64,000 bases of DNA. Origin: Chrysomallon squamiferum (taxonomy: Eukaryota > Animalia > Mollusca). Where the stretch lies: contig CM022670.1 in assembly GCA_012295275.1 (NCBI GenBank), positions 33,232,001 through 33,296,000 on the forward strand. Direction: 5' to 3'. Positions 11,587 through 25,240 of this stretch are shown in pieces. The notes beneath the pieces are model-generated. The model was not told where the DNA came from. It ran no database searches and worked only from the letters and a program-made list of their open reading frames with translations. Position 1 is the first letter of the stretch. The number at the start of each line of letters is the position of its first letter. The position numbers and the translations under genes are program-made.

Positions 11587-14500
11587 CATCATGCTTATAT
11601 GTCCGAAAATTGCAGTTTTGATATTTTTATCCCATGTTTGGTTTGCGACATGATCTTACTGGATTACATTAAGCACATGATTGATGATGGTTTTGAATTA
11701 ACACAAAAATAACAGACTAATTTTTTTATCTCTTTAAAAACTTTGTTATCATGGAAATTCCTTTGACATTTGAAACGTTTAATAAAATGAATTAATACTA
11801 ATAACGTTTAGAAGTTGTTTTAAATAATAAATACATATTCCTATTTACTGTTTCTGTTATGAATTATACACCCAAAAATATACGTCTAGAGTTAGAAACT
11901 GTCGCAAAATGTGCGAAAATTATGGATACTGTTCGTAGACAATTATTAATGAATAAACATTTTGGAAATTGCATCATAGAAATATTATAAAAGAAAGTAA
12001 CAATTAAAAAAAAAAGGAAACAAAAAACCATCTTATGTATTAATCTCCACATACTGAATTTATTGTGTTTCTAACATTATATGTGTTGTTTGGTTAACTT
12101 GTTTATAAACAAATAAACTTAATATGAAATTCATGTAAAATTATTCCTGATGTAGTTTGTGATTTCTGTTGAAATTACACTAAGATATCAATTTTATTTT
12201 AGACTTTTTGATCTACCTGCTTATAAAATTAATGATTTGGAACATTATGGCTCTGAATTCTGCAGTAGACGGGAATAAATAATTTATTTCAAATGTCAAA
12301 TATACTTTTTCAACAGTAAAATAGCTTATAAAGCTCTTTCATGCACCAAGAAGCTCCACAACTGAATATGTATTGATAACAGAACTGGTTGATTGTCGAA
12401 AACACTGATAAACTGGAAAAAGTTCAAAGTTTAGAAGATTATAAATATGTTTACGGCATTAAAAATTCTCAGGAATAATGTGTTAGTTCGTATTAAAATA
12501 AATAAAACATACATATTACTGAGATTAAAAATGATTAATTTTAATTTATTTATTTACTTATTTATTTATTATTTTACTTTAGTTTGGTTTTGGAATTGGA
12601 AAAGTTTATAATTACACAATAAATGCATTTGCTTTATCAAATAAAATATTAACTAGTTTAATTTAATTATAATACGTAAGTTTTAAATTTATAAATATTA
12701 CAATTAAGTAATTTAGATTAAATTTTTATTAAACTTTTACTGCTAGGATTCCCTTTACTCGTACACAAATTACATGTAATCAAATAATAAAATAAATCTT
12801 ATTTAGTACACTCTGTAACTACATGTCAGCACAAAATGTATCTTCTATAGTGCATTCTGAGTAGTCTCACATACATACACACACACATGCACACTCACAG
12901 ACATTACAAATAAATAAAATGTTTATATATGTATATAAACACACACTCATACACATACAGACACATACATACAAACATACAAACATGCAAATTATTCCTG
13001 CCGACATTTTACTGAAAATAATATTAACAAAAATTCACTAAAGTAGATTTTTTAACAATTAACCTGAAAGTCTGCAATAGAGACATACATAGCTTTTTTT
13101 TAATCCGGAACTAAGACATATTACACAGTATTTTAACATGTCTTCTTTACTGAAGCGTTACTGTTACTGTTACTACGTAAAAAAAAAAACATTTCCTATA
13201 TAGAGAGATTACTACATATATTAGTACATTTGCCAAATCTCTCATTTTTTATTGTCTTTATTTTTTTTTTTTTTTTTTATTATTATTTAGTGGAATAATA
13301 AATGAACACTGAAAAGATTTAAATATCGAGTAACAATCTTTAACCTGCGCAGTGACATGTTACAATATTTTATTGTTTTTCAAAAGCATATCGGTGGAAA
13401 TGAGTCAGCATTTGGGTATTAAGTGGTCGTATATTAATACTTATGAAGTCATAAGGCCGACAAAATAAAAAAGCAATATTTTTACAAATGAGTATAATAT
13501 TATGCATAAAGTTAATATTTATTAATAAAATAAATAGATAAATAAATAAATAAAAATATATGTTTTTAAATTTGTAGAAACACACAGACACACATAATAA
13601 TAAACAAAATATTCGGTTGAATATTAGGTTAAACTTAACATTTATAAAAAAAGAGTGTTATTTTTATATTTTTAAATGTGTTAGAATGTATTCACAAAAG
13701 AAATTTATAATAATAATGACACGTGAAACTGAACGAATTACTTCCCTTGTTATTACTGTAGATTTATTATTAATATATTAGTCTACACTTAAATTTAATA
13801 ATAATAATAATAAAACAACAACAACACCAAAAATAATAATAACAACAATGATTATGGTGATGATGATGGTGGTGGTGGTGATGATAATGATGGTAACGGT
13901 GGTGATGATGACGTTCAATAGTTTACATCTAAGTCGTGTTTGTTTTTACATGAGTTAGTAAAGAAAGTCGATGACTTACAACTGTTCGAAAGTCGATGAC
14001 TTAATGTTCAGATAACGTGTTTGTCAACACTGAACAATGCTTTTCAATAATATGGATTCTATTTTAAAAATAAAAAAATAAAAATAAAAATAAAATCCAC
14101 TATTATTACTACTACTACTACCACTACTATTTTAATACTTTTATTTTATTTTTACTACTTTTTTTCTATAAATATATTAATAATAATGAAATATTTTAAA
14201 TAAAATAATAAATAAATAAATAAATATCAGAAAGGTATCCAGATCAATGCATTCAATAATAACATCAAAAAAAAAATAAAAAAAAAATAAAAATACTCTA
14301 TTACTGTTGGAACGTGAACTACTACTAACAATAATCGACGAATAAATAATTAAATAAATAAATGTTTTTTAACAACGTTAACGACGTGGATGTAAGTCTG
14401 ATTGTAAATGTAACGTGGCTTTGTGACGCGGAAACAAAACAGTGACTCGATCTTTGTAGACTTTTGTTTTACACCGATATATTATAGATATATATATATA

Positions 14501-16093
14501 TATTATGATTTATTTGAGTTATATCTAAAACTGTGATTTAACCGTAATAACAATAATAATAATAATAACAATACCAATAAGAACAACCCTAAAGATGATG
14601 ATGATGATGATAAACACAACATAATAGGAAACAGAAGCGACAGATGCGCTGTACTGCATTAGTTAATGTTACAGTCATTACAGGACCAACCCGTGTTTGT
14701 AATTAACAATTATTATTACAGATCAATCTTAATGCAAACATGAACCAAGGTCGTCCACTAGGCGAAGCTATTTCTTTTAAAATGACTCACTGTGTCCTAG
14801 GTTTGACCTTGACAGTTCCCTTTGAGTTGCTTTTCCACTGGTATATCATACTTTGGTATTTTCAACTATATGATCATTCTCTATCAATATTTTTAAAATT
14901 TAAATTATTTTATATCAATTTGCATAAGAGTAAATACAGTAAACAATAATTAACACTAAAAAAAACCCATATAAACTAAATGAAAGAAAGATCTTAATTT
15001 TATTATTATTATTATTATTTTATTATTTTAATAAATATTTAATCTCCAATAAAGAAAAAACTAAAACAATTATTACATTAGGTTTATTAGACAGTGAAAG
15101 ATGACTTAATTTGCGTTTGAGACATAATTAATATATTACATGTATAACCATCTTGAAAATAACAAATGTGTCCTGTTCACCGACGTAAATGTACATTTGT
15201 ATTTATGTAATGTCACACTCTAACCTTCAGATTTTGATAAAACACGTCCTAATTATCATATATCAACTAAATACTAATATATAACTGAACTTCCTGGATT
15301 GCGAAATAAACAAAAATGAGGTTTCTAATCTAGTTTTGGAGATAAACAATCTAATACTTGAACCAATGGAATTCATCCGGTTAAAGATTTCCTTGAAACT
15401 AGTCAGAAGTCTGCCAAACGTTTGAAATGTAAATTATAATCAGTAACTGTTTGAATAAGGCTTGTTTTTTTGAACATGCAATGATCCAATAAATCATAAA
15501 TTAAGAATAACATCTGACGCAATGTTTTGGGTGACTGCGTACTGTTAAGTTTTATGGTTTCGTGTTTGACATGTGACGTATGGTAACAATATCAAGGTGT
15601 TCACTACAGCGTCCAGTTATTCTTCTTTAATGTGAGTTATAATCAATACATGTAGTTCTGCGGTCAATACAAAGACCTGAAAATACTACAGGTAGTGGAT
15701 GTTTTCCTGGTAAGTTTGCTAAACTTGATTTATAATTCTTTTTATTTACTGAAGGATGAATTAGTAACTTAATTTGTGAAGGCCATGGACTGGAATAGTT
15801 TAAAAATGGTAAATATTATCATGCTTTAATAAGTATTATCAGATGAAATTTAAAAATAATTAAAAATATATAAATGTGTTTTTATTATTATAGACTGTGT
15901 GAATACGAATACGGCTAACAGAATTGGTGTAAACGATGAGTAGTAAAATAATTTTAAATAAATGTTTTGCAGATTTTTAGAAGACTTGCACAGCAACATT
16001 AAAATATCTGTATTTTGTAACAGTTCTTTTTGAACTGCTATTCCAAGATGTCTGCTCCATTATTAGTCCAGGCGACAAAAAAAATAAAAATAA

Positions 16094-16124
<31 letters not shown>

Positions 16125-16967
16125 CAACAACAACAACAACAACAATAATAAATGCAGACAGAGTAGGTAAAAAACAAATTAATAATTACCTCTTATTATG
16201 TAATAACCATTTTTAATTAAAATTAAAATTAAATTTCCTACGCTGAAGATACAAAACATAAGTTATTTTGAAGAAGACTATTTCGAAAGCTTGGACATGT
16301 ACTGTCATTTTAAAAAGATGACAACCGTGAGTTGTTACAGTAATATCATAATTCGTGCCTCTACAGTTTGATAGTCAATATGTACTATGATTTCATTTAA
16401 TACAATTTAATATAAGCAATTAACTAATTCATAAGCAAATTAATATAGATATTATCTACAAAACTAAAATTCACAACAGACAACTAAACACAAAATATAA
16501 GAATGTAAAAATTGCAACTGTATCATTTATTACATATGTATCATCAAAATTCGTAAATCATGTTTGTTATAGTAGCTTTTACTATGCTAGCAGTAGAGTA
16601 GAAAATCTAACTTTTGATAACAAAAAGAAAAGAAAAAATTCTCAAATGACATTATCATAATGATTCCACATAAAAAAGCTACAAATTTAATAATGAGTAG
16701 AGTTTTCGTATCTTTTGTTAAAATAGAGAATTGTTAGATATCTCGAAATTTGGCAGACTTAACCTAATCTATGTAAAATATAATGTTGGTAACATTGCCC
16801 ATGTTTGTTTCTTGCCTTTTGGCAGTTGAATTTTATGGAGACACAATATGAATAAGCAATGATTATGTGTACACTGTTGTTACCCGTCTGTCGTTAGCTG
16901 TTGGTATATACCTATTTCTTCTTTTACTTCTTCTTCTTCTTTTTTTTTTTTTAATAAAGATTAAGGA

Positions 16968-17870
16968 ATGGCTAAAGTAACTTCAAGTCGTGGAAGGATG
17001 AACGAGGATGAAGAAAAATGTATTCAGAACAACTTGGTGGAAATAGAGAGGACTGTAGAGGCAAATGAGATCGTCACACATCTTTTTTCATCCGATATCA
17101 TTACCCTGGACGACAAAATGGAAATTACTTCTGCCGAACCGAGACAGAAACGTATCCGACTTCTACTAGATAAAATCATCCTTCAAGGAGGACCGCTGGC
17201 CTTCACTGAATTTATCAAATCTCTTGAAAACCGTCACTATTTCGATCTTGTGGCAAAACTCATCGATCCAAATTCTATCACTCCCAGAGGCGATGATGAT
17301 GTTGATGGTACAAAAAAATGGAAAACTGATACAAATTTCGATCTCCGACTTGAACTGCTGAAAGATCGTTTTAATAAACTGGACGAAAAGGTCTCAAATC
17401 TGGATGATTTGAAAATCGACATAGCAGTCATCAGACATTCTCTGAAAGAGATAAAAATGCTGACTGCAAAAGAAGCTGAAACTAAAATGACCATCGAAAT
17501 GCTGACACAGCAGCTGAACGAAAAAACGAAGAAACTCGAAGAAGCTGAAAGACAAATTGATCTTCTCGAAAGCAAAATCCAAGAACTCGAAGAACACAGA
17601 AGGAAAGATAAGATGGAACTGAAAGGCCTGAAATGCGCGATCACGAGGCAGGATTTCACTATCAACATTCTGAAAGGCGCAATGACGAAGCAGGATATGA
17701 CTATCAGCACTCTGAATGATACAATAGGACAACAGAGGAAAGAAATGGCAAAAATGAATGAAGATATACAATATCGACTGAAGGAATTGGAAAAAAAGGT
17801 TCCACCGCGTTACCAACACAAGCAGAGGTCGCGGGGTAAAGTGAATTCTAAAAACAGATTTGACAATTGA
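16968..17870 (+). CDS. CARD + coiled-coil protein, copy 2 (300 aa, divergent paralogue)
   Basis: Same architecture. Differs from the other copies in the linker, the first coil segment and the C-terminal third; all indels keep the frame. Confidence 0.85.
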   Translation: MAKVTSSRGRMNEDEEKCIQNNLVEIERTVEANEIVTHLFSSDIITLDDKMEITSAEPRQKRIRLLLDKIILQGGPLAFTEFIKSLENRHYFDLVAKLIDPNSITPRGDDDVDGTKKWKTDTNFDLRLELLKDRFNKLDEKVSNLDDLKIDIAVIRHSLKEIKMLTAKEAETKMTIEMLTQQLNEKTKKLEEAERQIDLLESKIQELEEHRRKDKMELKGLKCAITRQDFTINILKGAMTKQDMTISTLNDTIGQQRKEMAKMNEDIQYRLKELEKKVPPRYQHKQRSRGKVNSKNRFDN

Positions 17871-19495
17871 CATCATGCTAATATGTCAGAAAATTGCAGT
17901 TTTGATATTTTTACCCCGTGTTTGGTTTGCGACACGATCTTACTTGATTACATTAAGCACGATTTTTGGTGAGAATGGTTTGCAAACAAAGCGTGTACAT
18001 TTAACCTTTATTTGTATTTTTATTACATTTTAATTTTTTTTTTTTTATAAAAGATTTAGTCATTTAAAAATAATAATAATAACACTTGTGGTGTTGAGGT
18101 GATGTTGAATACGTTAATTCAAACGATAATTCCGTTGACATTTGAAACGTTTAATAAAAAGAATTAATACTAATAATGTTTGGAAGATGTCTTAAATAAT
18201 AAATACATATTCCTATTTACTGTTTCTTTTATGAATTATACACCCAAAAATATACGTCTAGAGTTAGAAACTGTCACAAAATGTGCGAAAATTATGGATA
18301 CTGTTCGTAGACAATTATTAATGAATAAACATTTTGGAAATTGCATCATAGAATAATTAAATATTATAAAAGAAACTAACAATAAAAAAAAAAAAGGAAA
18401 CAAAAAGCATCTTCTGTATAAATCTCCGAATACTGAATTTATTGTGTTTTTAACATTATATGTATTGTTTGGTTAACTTGTTTATAAATGAATACATTTA
18501 ATATGAAATTCATGTAAAAATATTATTCCTGAAAGTGTCGCAAAATGTGCTAAAATTATTGATACTGTTCGTAGACAAATATTAATGAATAAACATTTTG
18601 GAAATTGCATCATAGAAATAAATAAATATCATAAAAGAAAGTAACAATGAAAGAAAAAAAGAAAAAACAAGAAAAAAAGAGAATAAAACATCTTCTGTAT
18701 AAATCTCCACATACTGAATTTATTATGTTTTTACATTATATATGTTGTTTGGTTAGGAATTCATATACTAACTTATTTTTAAAACGAATAAATTTATTAT
18801 GAAATTGATGCCATATTATTATTCCTGATGTAGTTTGTGATTTCTGCTGAAAATTACACTAAATTAATAACTTACTTACCAGTTTCATTTTAGACTTTCT
18901 GATCTACCGGCTTATAAAACTTACGATTTGGAACATTATGGCTCTGAATTCTGCAGTAGACGGGAATAAATAATTTATTTCAAATGTCTAATATACTTTT
19001 TCAACAGTAAAATAGCTTATAAAACTATTTCATGCACCAAGAAGCTCCACAACTGAATATGTGTTGATAACAGAACTGGTTGATAGTCGAAAATACTGAT
19101 AAACGGAAAAAAGATCAAAGTTTAGAAAGATTATAAAAATGTGATTATTTTTAATTTATTTATTTACTTATTTATTAATTATTTTACTTTAGTTTGCTTG
19201 TGTAATTGGAAAATTTTAACTATACACAATAAATGCATTTGCTTTTCACTTTTTCTTATCAAATAAAACATTAATGGTAGCTAGTTTAATTTAATGATAA
19301 TAGGTAAATTTTAAAGTTGTAATATTTTACAATTAACTAATTTAAATTAAATTTTTATTAACCAATTACTGCTAGGATTCCCTTTACTCGTACACAAATT
19401 ACATGTAATCAAACAATAAAATAAATCTTATTTAGTACACTCTGTAACTACATGTCAGTACAAAATGTATCTTTGGTCGTGCATTCTCAGTCGTG

Positions 19496-19536
<41 letters not shown>

Positions 19537-19887
19537 AATAGAATAAAATATTCGTTTGAATATTATGGTAAACTTAACATTTTTAAGAAAAGAGTGTTAT
19601 TTTTTTTTAAAGTATTAGAGTAGAAAAGAAATTTATTTATTTATTTATTTTCTTTTGGTTTTGTAGGGATTTTTATTTTTTCTAGCAAATATATTAAGTA
19701 TCTTGCAGTGTGAAATGTGTTTGATATTAACAAATTAAACGGTTTACAGAAAAAAGAATATATGTAATATGTATGACTTAATGTTCAGATAACGTGCTTA
19801 CATATAGAAAACAAATTACATGTAATCAAATAATAAAATAAATATTATTCAGCACAAAATGTATCTTTGGTTGTGCATTCTGAGTCG

Positions 19888-19934
<47 letters not shown>

Positions 19935-21591
19935 CAAAGACATTACAAATAAATAAAATGTCCAGACACACATTCCACACATAGATACATACATACAAAC
20001 ATACATGCAAATTATTCCTGCCGACATTTTACTGAAAATAAAATTAAGAAAAATAATTTTCACTAAAGTAGTTTTTTCAAAATTAACCAGAACGCCTGCA
20101 ATATAGACATACATAGATATTTTATTTTATTTTTACTTTTACGGGACTAAGGCATATTACGCGGTGTTTTAACGTGTTTAAAAGGCATCGTCTTCTTTAC
20201 TGAGGTTTTTCTGTTACTATTCGAAAAAGCATTTCCTATATATAGGTATTACTACAGATGTGTACATGTGCCAAATCTATCTCTTTTTTATTGTCTTTAT
20301 TATTTGTTTTCTTTATTATTATTCAGTGGAATAATAAATGAACACTGAAAAGATTTAAATATCGAGTAACAATCTTTAACCTGCGCAGTGACATGCTACA
20401 ATCTTTTATTGTTTTTAAAAAGCATATTGGTGGAAATGAGTGAGCATTTGGGTATTAAGAGGTCGATATAACATTTATATAAATAAAAAAGCAAAATATT
20501 TACAAATGAATATAATATTACGCATAGAGTTTATATTTATTAATAAAAATAAATAGATAAATAAATAAATAAATAAAAATATATGTTTTTAAATTACTAG
20601 ACACAAACACACATAATAATAAACAAAATATTCGGTTGAATATTAGGTTAAACTTAACATTTATAAAAAAAAAAGTGTTATTTTTATTTTTTTAAATGTG
20701 TTAGAATATATTCACAAAAGAAATTTATAATAATAATGACACGTAAAATTGAACGAATTACTTCCCTTGTTATTACTGTAGATTTATTATTAATATATTA
20801 GTCTAGATTTAAATTTAATAATAATAATAAAAAACGACAACAACAACATCAAAAATAATAATAACAACAATGGTGATGATGATGGTGGTGGTGGTGATGA
20901 TAATGATGGTAACAGTGGTGATGATGATGTTCAATAGCTTACATCTAAGTCGTGTTTGTTTTCTTTTTACATGAGTTAGTAAAGAAAGTCGATGACTTAC
21001 AACTGTTGGATTTTACGGCCGCACATCTCACAGTGGGGCCGCGGATAAATGTACTTCCCTGTCAACACTGGTGCAAGATGCTTTTCATCCTTAGCACGAG
21101 ATTTAAGAGAAATAGTAGGAAAAAAAAAAAAAAAAAAAAAAATTTAGACTAAGCTTAGTAGTAACTTTCTAAAGAAAACTATTCCAGCAGTTTTCCGAGT
21201 CAGCGACATCTTTGATCCATTTTCCAGCGTTATTAACACTAAACAAATATTTTCTGGGCTTTTGGGATTTTTGTTTTCTTGTTTGTTTCTTTGTTTGTTA
21301 TTGATTGTTGGTGTAGGGATTTTCAGGGTGGGGGCTTTTTATTATTATTTTCTAATTTGTTTTTTTGGTTTTGTTGGGATTTGAGTTTTTCTTTTTTTTC
21401 TAGTAAATATATTAAGTATTTTGCAGTGTGAAATGTGTTTTGCTTTTAACAAATTAAACGGTTTACAGAAAAAAGAATATATGTAATATGTATGACTTAA
21501 TGTTCAGATAACGTGTTTACATACAGAACCATGCATTCAATAATATGGATTCTATTTAAAAAAAATAAAATTAAAAAAAATAAAAATAAAA

Positions 21592-21652
<61 letters not shown>

Positions 21653-23626
21653 TAATAATAATAATAAATAAATAAATAAATAAATAAAGGTATCCAGATC
21701 AACTTATCAGCCACGTTCAGTTGGATCGTGAATGTAACTCGACGACTGATTGTAAATGTAACAGTAAAACTAACGACATAGAGTCACGTGGTTTTGTGAC
21801 GCGGAATCTGTTAGAAATAAAACAGTGACTCGATCTTTGCAGACTTTTGTTTTACACCGATATATTATAGATATATATATATATTATGATTTATTTGAGT
21901 TATATCTAAAACTGTGATTTAACCGTAATAACAATAATAATAATAATAACAATAGCAATAAGAACAACCATAAAGATGATGATGATGATGATAAACACAA
22001 CATAATAGGAAACAGAAGCGACAGATACGCTGTACTGCATTAGTTAATGTTACAGTCATTACAGGACCAACCCGTGTTAATTAACAGTTATTATTACAGA
22101 TCAATCTTAATGCAAACATGAACCAAGGTCTTCCACTAGACGAAGCTCTTTCTTCTAAAATGACTCACTGTGTCCTAGGTTTGACCTTGACAGTTCCCTT
22201 TGAGTTCTTTTCCACTGGAATATCATACTTTGGTACTTTCACCTATATGATCATTCTCTATCAATATTTTAAAAATTTAAATTATTTTACATTATTTTGC
22301 ATGAAAGTAATAAACAATAATTAGCACTAAAATAAAACCGATATAAACTAAACGAAAGAAAGATCTTAATTTTTTATTATTATTTTTTTTTTTTTAAATA
22401 AACAAATAAATAATACTGCAAATAATAATATTTATTTCAACAAATTTTATCCTTTCAAAATAATTTTTGATGGTTTTTAATGAAATCACTTTCAAAATAT
22501 ATCTTGATCATTTTATTATTTTAATAAATATTTATTCTCCAATAAAGAAAAAACTAAAACAATTATTACATCAGGTTTATTAGACAGTGAAAGATGACTT
22601 AATTTGCGCTTTGAGACATAATTAATATATTACATGTATAAATATCTTGAAAATAACAAATCTGTACTCTTCACAGACGTAAATGCACATTTGTATTTAT
22701 CTAACCTTCAGATTTCGATAAAACACGTCCAAATTATCATATATCAACTGAATACTAGCATATAACTGAACTTCCTGGATTGCGAAATAAACAAAAATGA
22801 GGTCTACAATCTAATACTTCAACGAATTAATTCATCCGGTCCAAATCTTCCTTGTAACTATTCAGAAGTTTGCCAACCTTCTAAAATGTAAATTATAATC
22901 AGTAACGAGTGGAGACGGGCTTCTTTTTAAATAGGCAATGATCCATTAAATCATATATGAGGAATACCGTCTGTTTTTAGTGCCTGCGTAATGTGAAGTT
23001 TTGTGGTTTCGTGTTTGACATGTGACGTATGGTAGAAATATCAAGCTGTTCACTATAGCGTGCTGTTATTCTTCTTTAATGTGAGTTATAATCAATACAT
23101 TTAGTTCTGTGGTCAACACAAAGACCATGAAAATACGACATAGTGGATGTTTTTCGGGTAAGTTTGCTAAACTTGATTTATAATGTTTTTTATTTATTGA
23201 AGGATAACTTAGTAAGTTAATTCCTTAAGGACATGGATTGGAATAGTTTGAAAATGATTAATATTATTTATCTTTTAATAAGTATTGTCAGATGAAGTTA
23301 AAAAATAATTAAAAATTTATAAATGATTTTTCTGATTGTAGCCTGTGTGAATTCGAATACGGCTAACATAATTGGTGTAAACGATGAGCAGTGAAATACA
23401 TTTTAAATAAATGTTTTGCAGATGTATAGAAGACTTACACAGGAACAATAAAATATGTGCATTTTGTAACAGTTTTCTTTTTGAGCTGCTATTCCAAGAT
23501 GTATACTCCATTATTAGTCCAAATAATAAAAAAAAAAAAAATAAATAAATAAATTAAATTTCCTTGGCTGCGGATACAAAACATAAGTTATTTTGAAGCA
23601 GACTATTTCGAAAGCTTGAATATGCA

Positions 23627-23770
23627 CTGTCATTTTAGTAAATAACAACCAGCGTTCTTACAGTAATATAATCCTGTCATTTTAGTAAATAACAACCAGC
23701 GTTGTTACAGTAATATAATCCTGTCATTTTAATAAATAACAGTCATGAGTTGTACAGTAATATCATAATA
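23627..23770. repeat. 47-bp minisatellite, 3 units (unit-3 intron)
   Basis: ctgtcattttagtaaataacaaccagcgttgttacagtaatataatc starting at 23627, 23674 and 23721. Confidence 0.9.
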
Positions 23771-24343
23771 CTGTGTCTCTACAATTTGATAGTCAAAGTG
23801 TACTATGGTTTTATTTAATACAATTTAATACAAGCAGTTAACTATTTCATAAGCAAATTAATATAAATATAATCTACAAAACTAATATTCAAAACACACG
23901 TAAAAAACAATTAAACACAAAATATAAAAATGTAAAAGTTACAACTGCATCATGTATTACGTATATATCATCAAAATTCATAAATCATGTTTGTCATAGT
24001 ACCTCTTACTATCCAAGTATCTCTGCAGAAAATGTGACTTTTGATAATGAAAAGAAAAGGAAACATTGTCAAATGACATCATCGTAATGATTCCACATAA
24101 AAAATAAACAAATTTAATAATGAATAGAGTTTTTGTGTTTTTATAAAAATAAAGAAGTGTTCGAGTTCTCGAAATTTTAACCTAATCTATGCAAAATATA
24201 ATATTGGTAACATTGGCCATGTTTGTTTCTGTCAGTTGAATTTTATGAAGAGAAAATTATGAATAAGCATGGATTATGTCCTTAGGTATGGTATATATTT
24301 ATTTCTTCTTCTTCTTTTTTCTTTTTTTAATAAAGATTAAGCC

Positions 24344-25240
24344 ATGGCTAAAGCAATTTCAACTCGCGGAAGGATGAATGAAGATGAAGAAAAATGTATT
24401 CAGAACAACTTGGTGGAAATAGAGAGGACTGTAGAGGCAAATCATCTCGTCACACATCTTTTTGCTTCCGATATCATTACCCTGGACGACAAAATGGAAA
24501 TCACTTCTGCCGAATCCAGACAGAAACGTATCCGACTTCTAATAGATAAAATCATCCTTCAAGGAGGACCGCTGGCCTTCACTGAATTCATCAGATCTCT
24601 TGAAAAGAGTCACTATTTGAATCTTGTGGCAAAACTCATCGGTTCAAATTCTATCACTCCCAGAGGCGATGATGATGTTGATGATGATATCAAAAAATGG
24701 AAACGTGGTAAAAATATCGAACGCAGACTTGAACTGCTGAGAGATCGAATTTTTAAACTGGACGAGAAAGTCTCACATATTGATGACCTGAAACAAGATA
24801 TAACAATCATCAAAGATTTTCTGAAAGAGATAAAAGTGCTGACTGCAAAGGAAGCTGAAACTAAAATGACCATCGAAATGCTGACACAGCAGCTGAACGA
24901 AAAAACGAAGAAACTGGAAGAAGCTGAAAGACAAATTGATCTTCTCGAAAGCAAAATCCAAGAACTCGAAGAACAGAGAAAGAAAGATAAAATGGAAATC
25001 AACAATCTGAAAGGCGCGATGACGAGGCAGGATTTCACGATCAACACTCTGAAGAATAAGATAGGACTGCAGGATGACCTGATGAAAGAAAAAACGAAAG
25101 CCATTGAGGAACTGAAAAAAAAGGATGTAGATAAAGAAACTCGACTGAAGAAATTGGAAAGTATGGTGCTGAATCCACGTTACCAACCCAAGCAGAGATT
25201 TCCTGGTAAAATAAAGCCTAAAAACAGATTTGACAATTGA
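24344..25240 (+). CDS. CARD + coiled-coil protein, copy 3 (298 aa)
   Basis: Intact ORF, same length as copy 1 and nearly identical to it. Confidence 0.85.
   Translation: MAKAISTRGRMNEDEEKCIQNNLVEIERTVEANHLVTHLFASDIITLDDKMEITSAESRQKRIRLLIDKIILQGGPLAFTEFIRSLEKSHYLNLVAKLIGSNSITPRGDDDVDDDIKKWKRGKNIERRLELLRDRIFKLDEKVSHIDDLKQDITIIKDFLKEIKVLTAKEAETKMTIEMLTQQLNEKTKKLEEAERQIDLLESKIQELEEQRKKDKMEINNLKGAMTRQDFTINTLKNKIGLQDDLMKEKTKAIEELKKKDVDKETRLKKLESMVLNPRYQPKQRFPGKIKPKNRFDN

Noticed and set aside
10959-11592. Antisense ORFs over each CARD-CC gene (also 17237-17876, 24613-25246, 31275-31907)
   Set aside because: S/F/L-rich shadows of K/E-rich coil codons; the 210 aa one in copy 4 exists only because the frameshift fuses two shadow frames.
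14740-14949. Short ORF MNQGRPL... recurring in the units (also 22118-22324)
   Set aside because: Frame and stop differ between units; recurrence is explained by the segmental duplication.
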